DNA of 20,000 nt from Chiloscyllium plagiosum (GCF_004010195.1 NC_057728.1:49712358-49732357); one strand, 5' to 3'; shown: positions 8,933 through 17,674, numbered from the stretch's first letter. Translations and numbers: made by a program. The notes: generated by a model from the sequence alone, not told the origin.

Positions 8933-9262
8933 ATGAAAGAGTGGAGTTCTCCTTGGACTGGTTGCTTCAGAGACTGATGGACTGATGTCTCTGAACTGAA
9001 ACCACAGCCTTCTGGTTCAGCCAACTGTGCTTCACACTGAACCAACTGCACTGTTGGTTACAGCTCACGTTACTGTGCGAATGATCTGAATATTAGTACA
9101 CCCCTCTGTTTACCACATACGGGAAGTAGTATATTGAGACGTTACTGTACTTGTCATCCAATTTTATCAGATTTCTCTTGCTGTTCTTATTTAGCAACAC
9201 GTTGAACAGTCAGTTACATTGTCATGGGAACAGGTGACCACTATGCAGGATGCAGTTGTTTA

Positions 9263-9481
9263 CTGTCGGTTCTGTTATAACGCAATAGTTCCATTCTTGT
9301 GTGACTCCGGGTTATAAGAAAATCACATAAATTCAGCATAATTTAAACTAATGGGATTAGAAACACATTATAACTGAAACAGGTACGACAAGTTTGCGTT
9401 CTACAAATAATGGTCTAAATTCTCGAATAGCGTTGTAGCCAGTTTACGTTGAAGAAACTCACGTTACTGCAGAACTGAGTG
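9263..9481. mobile_element. Tc1/mariner (pogo/Tigger-like) MITE
   Basis: TA on both sides (9261..9262 and 9482..9483); imperfect TIRs CTGTCGGTTCTGTTATAACG versus CACTCAGTTCTGCAGTAACG; 219 bp with no coding capacity. Confidence 0.6.
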
Positions 9482-9776
9482 TAGTTTGGGAATGTAGTCC
9501 TTGGTAACTACTGAAGTGGCTAAAAATGAGCCTTTGTGGCTCTGTTGCCTTTAACCAATGGCACAGCGTGGAGGTTCATGTTACTGAAGTTTGACCTCCA
9601 GCCTTGTGCAGAAACGTTGAGTGCGAGCAGGAGGGGACCGGTGAGATTGCAAAGTGTCCGCTCTGTGACAGGTGCAGGAAAACCTCCTCCTAAACTTTGG
9701 CTGCTTGGAGTCAAACCCGGTGCACTTATTGCATCCTCATGACATTCCAGAGAAAAGTGCTTTCTGAAATGCAATT

Positions 9777-9885
9777 TTAAAAATCTCACAACACCAGGTT
9801 ATAGTCTAACAAGTTTAATTGGAAGCACTAGCTTTCAGAGCGCTGCTTCTTCATCAGAAGGTTGTGGATCCAAATCTCCAAATCA
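9777..9885 (-). mobile_element. Short Penelope-like terminal fragment (a further family) with hammerhead motif, inserted in a DeuSINE relic
   Basis: 12-bp direct repeat TGAAATGCAATT at 9765..9776 and 9886..9897; minus strand CTGATGA-AGAAGCAGCGCTCT-GAAA-GCTA-GTG at 9826..9857. Confidence 0.72.
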
Positions 9886-10140
9886 TGAAATGCAATTGTT
9901 CATGTAGGAAATACAACAGCCAAATTGTGCATAGGGAGATCCCACAAACAGCAATGTCGAGAGATAACTGTAATAGATAGGCCAGCGCGGGAGCTATGGG
10001 CTAAATAGCTTTGTTTGCCGCTGTTTCATTCAAGATTTGTTGACTGACTGAATGGAATATCCTTGTGTGTTTTGATTTCTGTGAAGCGTCCCCTTGATTT
10101 TACATCCTAAATTTCTCAACACTGACAATTTGTCTTTCAG

Positions 10141-10212
10141 ACCAAACTCTTGGCTTTAGCCTTTTGTCATCAGCTGCAGTCCAAGTTCCTGGATCTCACG
10201 CTGGGTGAACAG
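10141..10212 (+). CDS. UTP20: UTP20 exon (TKLLALAFCHQLQSKFLDLTLGEQ)
   Basis: Acceptor tgtctttcag|ACC, donor CAG|gtatga; 72 nt. Confidence 0.92.
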
Positions 10213-10240
10213 GTATGAAGAGGTATTACTGTTACGTCAC

Positions 10241-10418
10241 AAATGCAGAGAGTGCTGAAGAAACTCAGCAGATCTGGCAGCATCTGTGGAGAGAGATGCA
10301 GTTAATATTTCGAGTCCACATCCTACTCTCCACAGATGCTGCCCGACTTGCTGAGTTTCTTCAGCACTCTCTGCATCGATTTCTGATTTCCAGCTTGCAC
10401 AGTATTTTGCTTTTATTA
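10241..10418. mobile_element. Fold-back element (Penelope-like terminal-repeat derived)
   Basis: Arms 10243..10293 and 10326..10376 are reverse complements at 48/51, with a 32-nt spacer. Confidence 0.75.
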
Positions 10419-10664
10419 ATGTCCTGTCACCTGGGACTGCAAGGATGGGTCTGGTTAGAACTGGAAACGGTTATTGAGTCACCAAAGGAAAGCATCTAAT
10501 AGCCCGGGTTACATTTTCTCACAATCATCATTAAATGTTTATTCTGCTGATGCCAAATTTCCTTTAGCTGCACTGCTCACGTCCTAACATCTCCTATTAC
10601 TTCAGAATGTTTTTTGTCAGTTTGAGAAGCCAGTGAAGATGGAATTTTTAAGGGAAATAAAAAC

Positions 10665-10975
10665 CTGTACATTTAACTAAATCTTATACCTTGCACCTGC
10701 CAAAGCTTTGTTCTGCACCTCAGTGAAACACAGCCACTGTTGCAGCTTGGGAAATCTGGCTGCCATTTTGTGCACAGCAACACAGCAATGACCAGGTAGT
10801 CTGGCTTCGTGAAGTTGGTTGAGAGTTCAACAGGGCACTGAGGGGTGGTCACCTGTCTCTGCATAATAACGCAGAAACTTTCATTTATATCCACCCATGA
10901 GGATAGACCTGAGCTTCGGTTTAATCTCTTATTTAAAAGATGCCCCTTCCAACTTTGTAGCATGCATTCAGCGCA
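10665..10975 (-). mobile_element. Decayed DeuSINE (SacSINE1-like)
   Basis: ggctgccattttgtgcacagcaa...acagcaatgacc...atccacc...cggtttaatctc..at..aaaaga matches my recall of the antisense Deu-domain. Confidence 0.6.
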
Positions 10976-11114
10976 AAATCTTCTCGCCATGTAACATTTA
11001 AGTGCGTTAATATGTCAGTGGGTGGGATCGTTTAGTTTGGCTCGCACTTGCTTGCACATCCCATTTGAGTGTCAAACACAATCCTTGACATTCAGCCCTC
11101 TCGTTGCCAAACAG

Positions 11115-11369
11115 GTGATAAAGAACTTGCTGTTTGTGGCCAAAGTCATCTTCCTCTTGGAGTCTGTTGACTGTGGAGATGAAAAGGTGGATGAAAAGAC
11201 AGAGGAGAGCGAGGATGAAATGGGAGCAGACGAAACTGAGGAAGACACGGCAGGAAAAGTTGCGTCTGATGGTGCCAAAGGGAAGAGAGCAACCCTGATG
11301 TGGCTGATCAGGAAGCTGTGTACTCTTGCCAAGAGAGAAGCAGCTCATTCCCCGAAAATATCTTTGAAG
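11115..11369 (+). CDS. UTP20: UTP20 exon (VIKNLLFVAKVIFLL...acidic linker...ATLMWLIRKLCTLAKREAAHSPKISLK)
   Basis: Acceptor gccaaacag|GTG, donor AAG|gtactg; 255 nt; lies in ORF 11022..11441. Confidence 0.93.
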
Positions 11370-11794
11370 GTACTGATAGTCTCCTGTTTGCATTTCTGTG
11401 GTAGTCCAAGTCATAGGAAACCTCAGGTTGTTTCACAATAGACAGAACGGTGGTGGAACGAATGGTGGGGAGGGGTTGTTGATAAAGAACAACGTTAGAA
11501 AATAAGACTTAAAAACCCAGAAAGGGGGCATAATGGGGTTTTGGAGGGTAAATGAGGTTACAGGATTGGGAAGAACCCATTCACATCTCTAGTTTGTTCC
11601 ATGATTCACCAAAACATTGGCTGATCTATATCCTATTTACCTTCCTTTCCTCCAAATCTTGTAATACCTTCGCCTAGTGAAAATCTAATATTTAAAATGC
11701 AACATTACAGAAATTTACCTCCTCCTTACTACCCTTGTGCCCCAGCAGTATGTCTTTATAAATTGTTTGCATGAGATTATTTACTGAGTTGTTT

Positions 11795-12137
11795 ATTTTT
11801 GCACGGGGTACTGGTGTTTGTGGTAAGTGCAGCACTTGTTGCCAATCTCAATTGCTCTTGAACTGAGCGCCTTGTTAAGTCATTACGGAGGGTGGTCCAA
11901 AGTGAGCCACATTGCTTTGGGCCTAGACAAGGTAAGGGTAGCAGATTTCCCTCCCTAAAGCATGTTCGTGAACCAGATTGGCTTATATGGCAATTGAGAA
12001 TGGTCCCTATTAGCTTAGCTTTTATTTCCAGACTTTATTGTATTGAAATTTTGCCATTTACCACGGTGGGTTTGAATCTGTCTGTCTGGAACATTGGATT
12101 ACTAGTCCAGTGACATTACCACTATGCCACCACCTCC
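11795..12137 (-). mobile_element. tRNA-derived SINE (same family as 7270..7865)
   Basis: Reverse-complement blocks ggtaagggtagcagatttccctccctaaag, gaaccagat, and head ggattactagtccagtgacattaccactatgccacc. Confidence 0.7.
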
Positions 12138-12510
12138 GTTTAGGATTCCAGTTGGTGAACAATGCCCTTCACCTTGTGAATCTGAACGCAGTTAACATAT
12201 AATTAGCAAACCATCTTAAAATCCTGAAATGAATCTCCACTAACTCACCACTTCTCCTTCAGGACCATAATGGTCTCCTCTGGTGTCTTTGTACTTGGGT
12301 GAAGTTAGCAAAATAAACATTTATTGCCATATTCCCCAAAGCTGTGACTGGGTGCATCAGTAATTCCCATTTGGAACGTGTATGTTGTGGACTTTCAGGC
12401 AAATGGTCTCCTTGAAGTTACAAGGTGAGCTCTTTACAAACTCCACCTGCCTTAGGCAGCGGGGTGGTTAAGAGACTAATATTTACTTTCATTGTTTTTT
12501 TTCTCTCCAG

Positions 12511-12637
12511 AGGACATGCGTCTTTAAGTTCCTTGGAGCAATCTCCGTAAACCTTGGAATGGAAGGAGTGAAGCCTTATCTCCCAGTAATTATTGCGCCT
12601 CTTTACAGGGAATTGAACAGTACTTACGCAGAGCAAG
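12511..12637 (+). CDS. UTP20: UTP20 exon (RTCVFKFLGAISVNLGMEGVKPYLPVIIAPLYRELNSTYAEQ+G)
   Basis: Strong acceptor tttttttctctccag|AGG, donor G|gtaagc; 127 nt, phase 0/1. Confidence 0.95.
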
Positions 12638-13154
12638 GTAAGCTTCATTATTGGAGTTGATCAACCATTCCTGCTTATCCGGGTATTGAATCTCTGACAG
12701 TGTCTCTTTACAAAACTCCCCAACTGGCTCCATTGCTAAAGAGATGGTTGAAGTCTGTGTTGTGAAATTGTAGATCACCAAAAGATACCATTCAGCCCAT
12801 CATGTTTGTGTCAACATCCAGTTGATCCCAATCCCTTGCTCTTTCCCCATGGTTTTGTAAATATTTTTCCTTTTCAAACATCCAGATTTAGCTGTTAGCC
12901 TCTGTTGGGTTAAATTTCATACGGTGAAATAGATAGGGTGAGCTGGTATCAGCCTATGTGGTAACGCGAATGTGTGAGCTTATGGTGCATCTTTTAACAT
13001 TTTACACATCATTGGAGGTGACACTTAGCGCTGTGGAATGCAGGTCAGGGTGAGATTGCAGCTAACCTTTTAAAAATTCAAGCAATAAAGGGAAACTAAC
13101 AACATATCTGATCAGCATTTGCAAAGCATGAACTCCAGCTAAACCAATCTGCCT

Positions 13155-13375
13155 CATAGAATGTGCAGCTAGGGAACAGGCTATTCAGCCCCTCTGTTCC
13201 ATGTTGGGTGTTGTGCTCCTTTCAGGCCTCTCTCCCATCCCATTCCATAAACATACTTTTCTCCCTCATGTACCTATCCACCTCCTCTTAAATGTATATG
13301 CTATTTTCCCCAGCCTCTCTTTGAGGTAGTGAGTTCCACATTATTAATTGCTACACGAGGAAGAATTTCAGTCAC
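13155..13375 (-). mobile_element. CR1-type 3' end relic
   Basis: catagaa...aacaggctattcagccc...ctatcca..tcctcttaaatg...ggtagtgagttccacatt; homologous to 14225..14415. Confidence 0.55.
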
Positions 13376-13439
13376 TTATTAACTGATTCCCTGAGTTAAC
13401 CCAAAGCCTAGCCAATGACTTTTAGAAGTTGAACACCAA

Positions 13440-13660
13440 ACAAAAAAAAGCACAAAAAACTGCGAATGCTGGAAATCAGAAACAAAAACAGAAATTTCTA
13501 GAAAAACCCAGCAGATCTGATAGCACCTGTGGAGAGAAAGCAGAATTAATATTTGGGCCCAGTGACCCTTCTTCAAAACTGAAGAAATGTTAACTGTGCT
13601 TTCTCTTCACAGATGCTGTCAGATCTGCTGAGTTTTTCCAGCAATTTCAATTTTTGTTTT
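13440..13660. mobile_element. Fold-back element (Penelope-like terminal-repeat derived)
   Basis: Inverted arms (cagcagatctga.agca.ctgtg.agagaaagca / tgctttctct.cacagatgctgtcagatctgctg). The centre retains a decayed TGAAGAAGGGTC-ACTG-GGCCC on the minus strand. Confidence 0.72.
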
Positions 13661-13852
13661 TGACTTTAGTTCGTTAGTTGCTTCATTAAGGTGGGAATGC
13701 TGTGGTTTGTTTTGGTTGATGTGTTCCTGGTTTTGAAAATGCCTTGAGGTTCAGTGAGCTCTGTCCCTGCTACATACAGGGCCTGGTATTTATAGTTTAG
13801 CCTTTGAAATGACCCAGCCTGCTGCTGCTGCTTTGTCCTCTTCCCCTTTCAG

Positions 13853-13998
13853 ACTCGACATTGAGGAACCTTTCCCAGGAGATCATCGAGCTGCTGAAGA
13901 AACTGGTTGGGTTGGAAACGTTCTCTCTGGGCTTTGCAGCCGTGCAGAAGCAGGCCAGCCAGAAGAAAGCTTTGCGGAAAAGACAGAAAGCTCTGCAG
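13853..13998 (+). CDS. UTP20: UTP20 exon (D-STLRNLSQEIIELLKKLVGLETFSLGFAAVQKQASQKKALRKRQKALQ)
   Basis: Acceptor ttcccctttcag|AC, donor CAG|gttggg; 146 nt, phase 1/0. Confidence 0.94.
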
Positions 13999-14224
13999 GT
14001 TGGGACAGAGTCATGGCGGGCTGTGAAATGGCTGCTTCCTCATACTCCCTACAGCGGAACATTTCCTCAATTCTCACCTTTCAGTCACTTATTAAAAGCT
14101 CCCTCCTTCACCAAGCAGAAGGTCACCCCTTGCTGTTGAATCTCTTGTTGACCTCACTACATTCTGTCTTTGTAACCACCTCTAGCTCCACAGCTCCCTC
14201 TGCTTCTCTGATTCAGACCTCTTG

Positions 14225-14415
14225 CATAGCATTTCCAGCAGAGAAACAGGCCCCTCAGCCCAGCTGCCCTGCATGAGTGCTATAGCACACAGTCCTAGCC
14301 CCGTCCTCTCATCTCATTCTACAAACACACAATTTTATTCTCTTTGTCTTGTGCTGATCTACTATCCCCTGAGTCTACGCTATTTCTCTGAGGTGGTGAG
14401 TTCCACATTCTAACT
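14225..14415 (-). mobile_element. CR1-type 3' end relic, host of the next insertion
   Basis: catagc...cagagaaacaggcccctcagccca...ggtggtgagttccacattctaac. Confidence 0.5.
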
Positions 14416-14618
14416 AATAAAAGCGAAATTCTGCGTATGCTGAAAATCTGAAGCAAACACAGAGAATGATGGACTGACTCACCAGCTCTGGTAGCATCTG
14501 TGGGAAGAGAAACAGTTAAGGTTTTGAGTCCAGTATAACTCTTAAGAACATATCAGATTTCTCTCTCCACAGATGCTGTCAGACCTGCTGAGTTCCTCTA
14601 GTGTTCTCTGTGTTTCAG
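14416..14618. mobile_element. Fold-back element with target-site duplication
   Basis: Direct repeat ATTCTAACT at 14407..14415 and 14619..14627; inverted arms aaacacagagaa...agcatctgtgg / ccacagatgct...ttctctgtgttt. Confidence 0.72.
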
Positions 14619-14894
14619 ATTCTAACTGTTGACCTGAATTTTCCTTTTCAGAAACATTAAAGCTCTCTTTCAGGCCTCACTGATTTTTACATAGCTTCTC
14701 ACTTTCTGCCACTCTAGGAATGAGGGAAAGTGCCTCATTGGCTCTTCTTATGAGCTTCTTAACTTGTCATTGTTATTTTCAGTTGTATATTTGAACCCCC
14801 AGATACTGTACTCCCACATCCTTTTTACCATCTTGTTTTCCAAGAGAGAATTTGGCTTCATACCAGAGTGCACTACTCCACATTTAACTACATT

Positions 14895-15055
14895 GCACAT
14901 TCCCAGTTTCCTCCTTTCTACCGTTGCACCACGCCTTTAGCTACTTAAGCCCTGAGCTCTGGAATTTTCCCACCTCATCCCTTTCTTTCATCTCTTAAGA
15001 TGCTCCATAAAATCTACCTCTTTGACCAAGCTTTTGGTCAGCAGCCCTAAAACAT
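14895..15055 (+). mobile_element. L2-like LINE 3' end relic
   Basis: gccctgagctctggaatt...ttaagatgctcc.taaaa.ctacctctttgaccaagcttttggtca resembles L2-clade ORF2 ends (from recall). Confidence 0.5.
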
Positions 15056-15099
15056 CCTTTGTTTCTTTATTCTGTTTTTATTTATAATTAAAACAAAAG

Positions 15100-15280
15100 T
15101 TAGCCGCATGATGATCGCTGTCAATTGTTGGTTCAGCTAAGGCAATCTGCCACACTTACCTTGTCTGTCCTACATATGACTCCAGACCCACAGCAATGTG
15201 TTTGACTCTTCACTGCCCTCTGGGCAAATAGGAATTGGCCGCAAATGTTCACAATGATGTCCTCATTCTACAAACAAATA
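15100..15280 (+). mobile_element. Partial SINE (same family as 7270..7865)
   Basis: aatctgcc...cttacc...tgactccagacccacagcaatgtgtttgactcttcactgccctctg. Confidence 0.65.
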
Positions 15281-15684
15281 TAAACATTGCCCACCACTGT
15301 ACACACTGACTGTTGCATGAATCGTGTTATGTAATCTCCCCTGGTCTTCCCCCTGTCGCAGACCTGCCTTTAGTTCATGCTACTCCCTTTCACTAACACA
15401 CAATTACTTGCATGTATATCTATCTTCAAATCTGAGGAAGGAATTCTTTCTCTCCATCGATTCTGCTGACAAGAATTTTGTTTTTTGTTTTTTTAAAATC
15501 TGTTTCTTTTCTTAAGTCATCTGTTCTTATAAGCCACCTTGTGTATTTAAATGCCACATTTTTGATAATGTTGTCCTGAAATGCCTTGGCACATTAAAGA
15601 TACTGTACATTACTGATTGTAAACATGTTCATCATAAATGGGTTTACATTTTATTAACGTCAGTTCTGACTATTTCAAATGCAA

Positions 15685-16008
15685 GATTAGAATCGTAGAA
15701 TCCCTACAGTGTGGGATCAGGCCATTCGGTCCAACGGGTCCACACTGACTCTCTGAAGAGCATCCCACCCAGACTCACCCTATCTCTGTAACCCTGCATT
15801 TCCCATGGCTAATCCAAGACCTGGATGCTGTGGACAATTTAGCATGACCAATCCACCTAATCTGCACATCTTTGGACTGTGGGAGGAAACTCACCAAGGC
15901 GCAGGGAGAATGGGCAAACACCACCCAGGCTGTCACCCAAGGGTGGAATTGTATCAGTGTCCCTGGTGCTGTGAGGCAGCAGTGCTAACCACTGAGTCAC
16001 TGTGCTGC
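15685..16008 (-). mobile_element. HE1-like V-SINE, antisense
   Basis: Reverse complement of 2766..3099: tccctggtgctgtgaggcagcagtgctaaccac head, tgcacatctttggactgtgggaggaaac V-domain, tagaatccctacagt tail. Confidence 0.85.
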
Positions 16009-16044
16009 TGTTAGAGGTTGCCATTGGTGAATATTTGTTTTTGC

Positions 16045-16350
16045 TAATTTATTCTTATCCCAGGATATGGTCTCGCAGTTCCAGCATGTGTTGTCCATCC
16101 CTAATTGCCCTTGAATTGAGTGTCTTGCTCAGCCAGTTCTGAGGGCAGTTAAGAGATCACCACATGTAGACCAGACCAGGTAAGAACAGCAGATTTCCTT
16201 TTTTAAAGGACACTAGTGGCCCAGGTGGGTATTTATGGTGATTGGTGATTCCTGAGACTAGTTCGGATTTGTCAGTTGAATTTAAGTTCCACCAGCTGAC
16301 ATAGTGCCATTTTAACCTGTGTTTCCAGAGCATTAGCCTTGACCCTGGAT
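16045..16350 (-). mobile_element. SINE copy, antisense (7270 family)
   Basis: ccatccctaattgcccttgaa, gagggcagttaagag and ggtaagaacagcagatttcctt. Confidence 0.65.
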
Positions 16351-16359
16351 TGAGGTTGT

Positions 16360-16670
16360 TGTGGCATAATGGTAGTGCCACTGGTCTGTCTGGGGGGTCA
16401 CAGGTTTGAATTCAATAAAATCTGGAATTATAAGCTAGCCAGTAGTGTAACCATTGTGGATTGTCATTAAAAACCCACCTGATTCACTGAAGTCCTTGAG
16501 GGAAGGAAATCCGTCCTTTCCTGGTCTAGTCGACATGTGACCAATAATGTGTTTGTTTCTTAACGACTCTCTGAAATGGCCCTAACAACTCCTGCTCTGT
16601 TTAAGGGGCAGTTAGGGATGGACCATGAACACTGGCCCAACCAGTGACCCTCCTTCTGATGAACAAATAG
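16360..16670 (+). mobile_element. SINE copy, sense (7270 family), head-to-head with the previous copy
   Basis: gtggcataatggta head, aaaaacccacctgattcact, gggaaggaaatc, ctctgaaatggcc and ggcagttagggatgg. Confidence 0.65.
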
Positions 16671-17019
16671 AAACAGTTACACGTCCAATAGCACCATTCA
16701 GACGGTAACTCCTTAAAGATGCTATCAGTATTCCTCCATCTGTCATAATCATTGAGCCATTATTCTGTTTGTTGGAAATGGACGAAAAGGCAGAGGAGTA
16801 CATTAATATGGGCACATAGTTGGCACGGACCTGGGTTAATAATATATGCAATCTTAGGTAAAGTTCCTCCATAGCAGTTTGAGAATTTAAATCTACAGTG
16901 AGGTTTTATGAATAAAACACTGGTGCACATGAAGCTGTTGTAAAAGGTTAACCAGTTCCACTGTGTCTGTTTAAGGAGGTTTGGGTGGTTCTTACCAGGT
17001 CAGAGTGCCTACAGGGGTT

Positions 17020-17156
17020 CAGGCTTATTCCTGATGAAGGGCTTTTGCCCGAAATGTCGATTTTGCCTGTCCTCGGATGCTGCCTGAATTGCTGTGCTCT
17101 TCCAGCACTACTGATCCAGGATCTGGTTTCCAGCATCTGCAGTCATTGTTTTTACC
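17020..17156 (+). mobile_element. Short Penelope-like terminal-repeat insertion with hammerhead motif
   Basis: Homologous to 6680..6814 (ctcggatgctgcctga..tgctgtgct.ttccagcac...tccagcatctgcagtc). Confidence 0.75.
17027..17062 (+). ncRNA. Minimal type I hammerhead ribozyme motif, sense to the UTP20 pre-mRNA
   Basis: AUUC CUGAUGA A GGGC UUUU GCCC GAAA U GUC^GAUU: intact core, perfect 4-bp stem II, stem I with 3 of 4 pairs. Confidence 0.6.
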
Positions 17157-17336
17157 CCGTTTTTGCCTTCGGAAATGGACATGGGATGAATAATATATGA
17201 AGGGTTTGCCTGTGGCGCCCAGATAGATTAAAGTTTGAATGTCTGCTGACGTTTTCCAATGTATTAAGGGGCTTTGCTGTATAAATCTGATGGATACTGA
17301 CCATGTTAATACTCTTCATATTTTCATTCAAAACAG

Positions 17337-17492
17337 GCAGTGGCAAATCCGGATATTGCCGCAAGGAAGAAACTGAAGAAGCACAAAAATAAAGCGGAAG
17401 CCAAGAAAAGAAAAATTGAAGTCCTTCGACCTGGCTACAAGGCGAAAAAGGCCCGAAGCAGCACGCTAAAGGACTTGGCCATAGTGGAGTGA
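17337..17492 (+). CDS. UTP20: UTP20 terminal coding exon (AVANPDIAARKKLKKHKNKAEAKKRKIEVLRPGYKAKKARSSTLKDLAIVE*)
   Basis: Acceptor ttcattcaaaacag|GCA; 51 codons then TGA at 17490..17492; Lys/Arg-rich tail consistent with a nuclear or nucleolar localisation signal. Confidence 0.94.
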   Translation, partial: AVANPDIAARKKLKKHKNKAEAKKRKIEVLRPGYKAKKARSSTLKDLAIVE

Positions 17493-17668
17493 AATGTTTT
17501 AGTTCAGTCGTTTTGTACGTGATGATTTTATGCCAGAAACTAAAAGATCACTTCTGATGGCCACATTTTTATTTTTGTCTCCCATTCCCAACAATTCTTT
17601 TGCAATGTGGCTCAGGAGTATTTAGCATGAAGTACAGTTTAATGTACTGTTTATCTTGGCAGATTGTC

Positions 17669-17674
17669 AATAAA
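17669..17674 (+). terminator. Probable polyadenylation signal AATAAA of UTP20
   Basis: First AATAAA after the stop codon (about 180 nt downstream), followed by a T/GT-rich tract. Repeat-derived sequence resumes shortly after. Confidence 0.6.

Larger units (their letters stand above)
606..17674 (+). other. UTP20: UTP20 gene, 3' portion (12 coding exons plus 3' UTR to the first poly(A) signal); the gene begins upstream of the window
   Basis: The 12 exons all have AG/GT boundaries and consistent phases, and total 1662 nt = 553 aa + TGA. The translation matches my recall of the vertebrate UTP20 C-terminus (LDYPLG..., YEH..GRES.LEM..., HPHSWVWL, RTCVFKFLGA, PLYREL, ending in a basic tail). Confidence 0.95.

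Noticed and set aside
12430..12719. CTCTTTACAAA(A)CTCC repeated on both sides of exon 12511..12637
   Set aside because: A short imperfect match around a conserved exon; it cannot be a TSD and is plausibly chance.
13809..14276. 155-aa ORF overlapping the UTP20 exon in another frame
   Set aside because: It is an alternative frame crossing both splice sites into low-complexity intron and repeat sequence, with no family resemblance.
17519..17560. SECIS-like or C/D-like motif (ATGA-11 nt-AAA...TGA) just after the TGA stop
   Set aside because: The required helix II of about 11 bp cannot form, the motif is only about 30 nt from the stop, and UTP20 is not a known selenoprotein. Only a small hairpin is supported.
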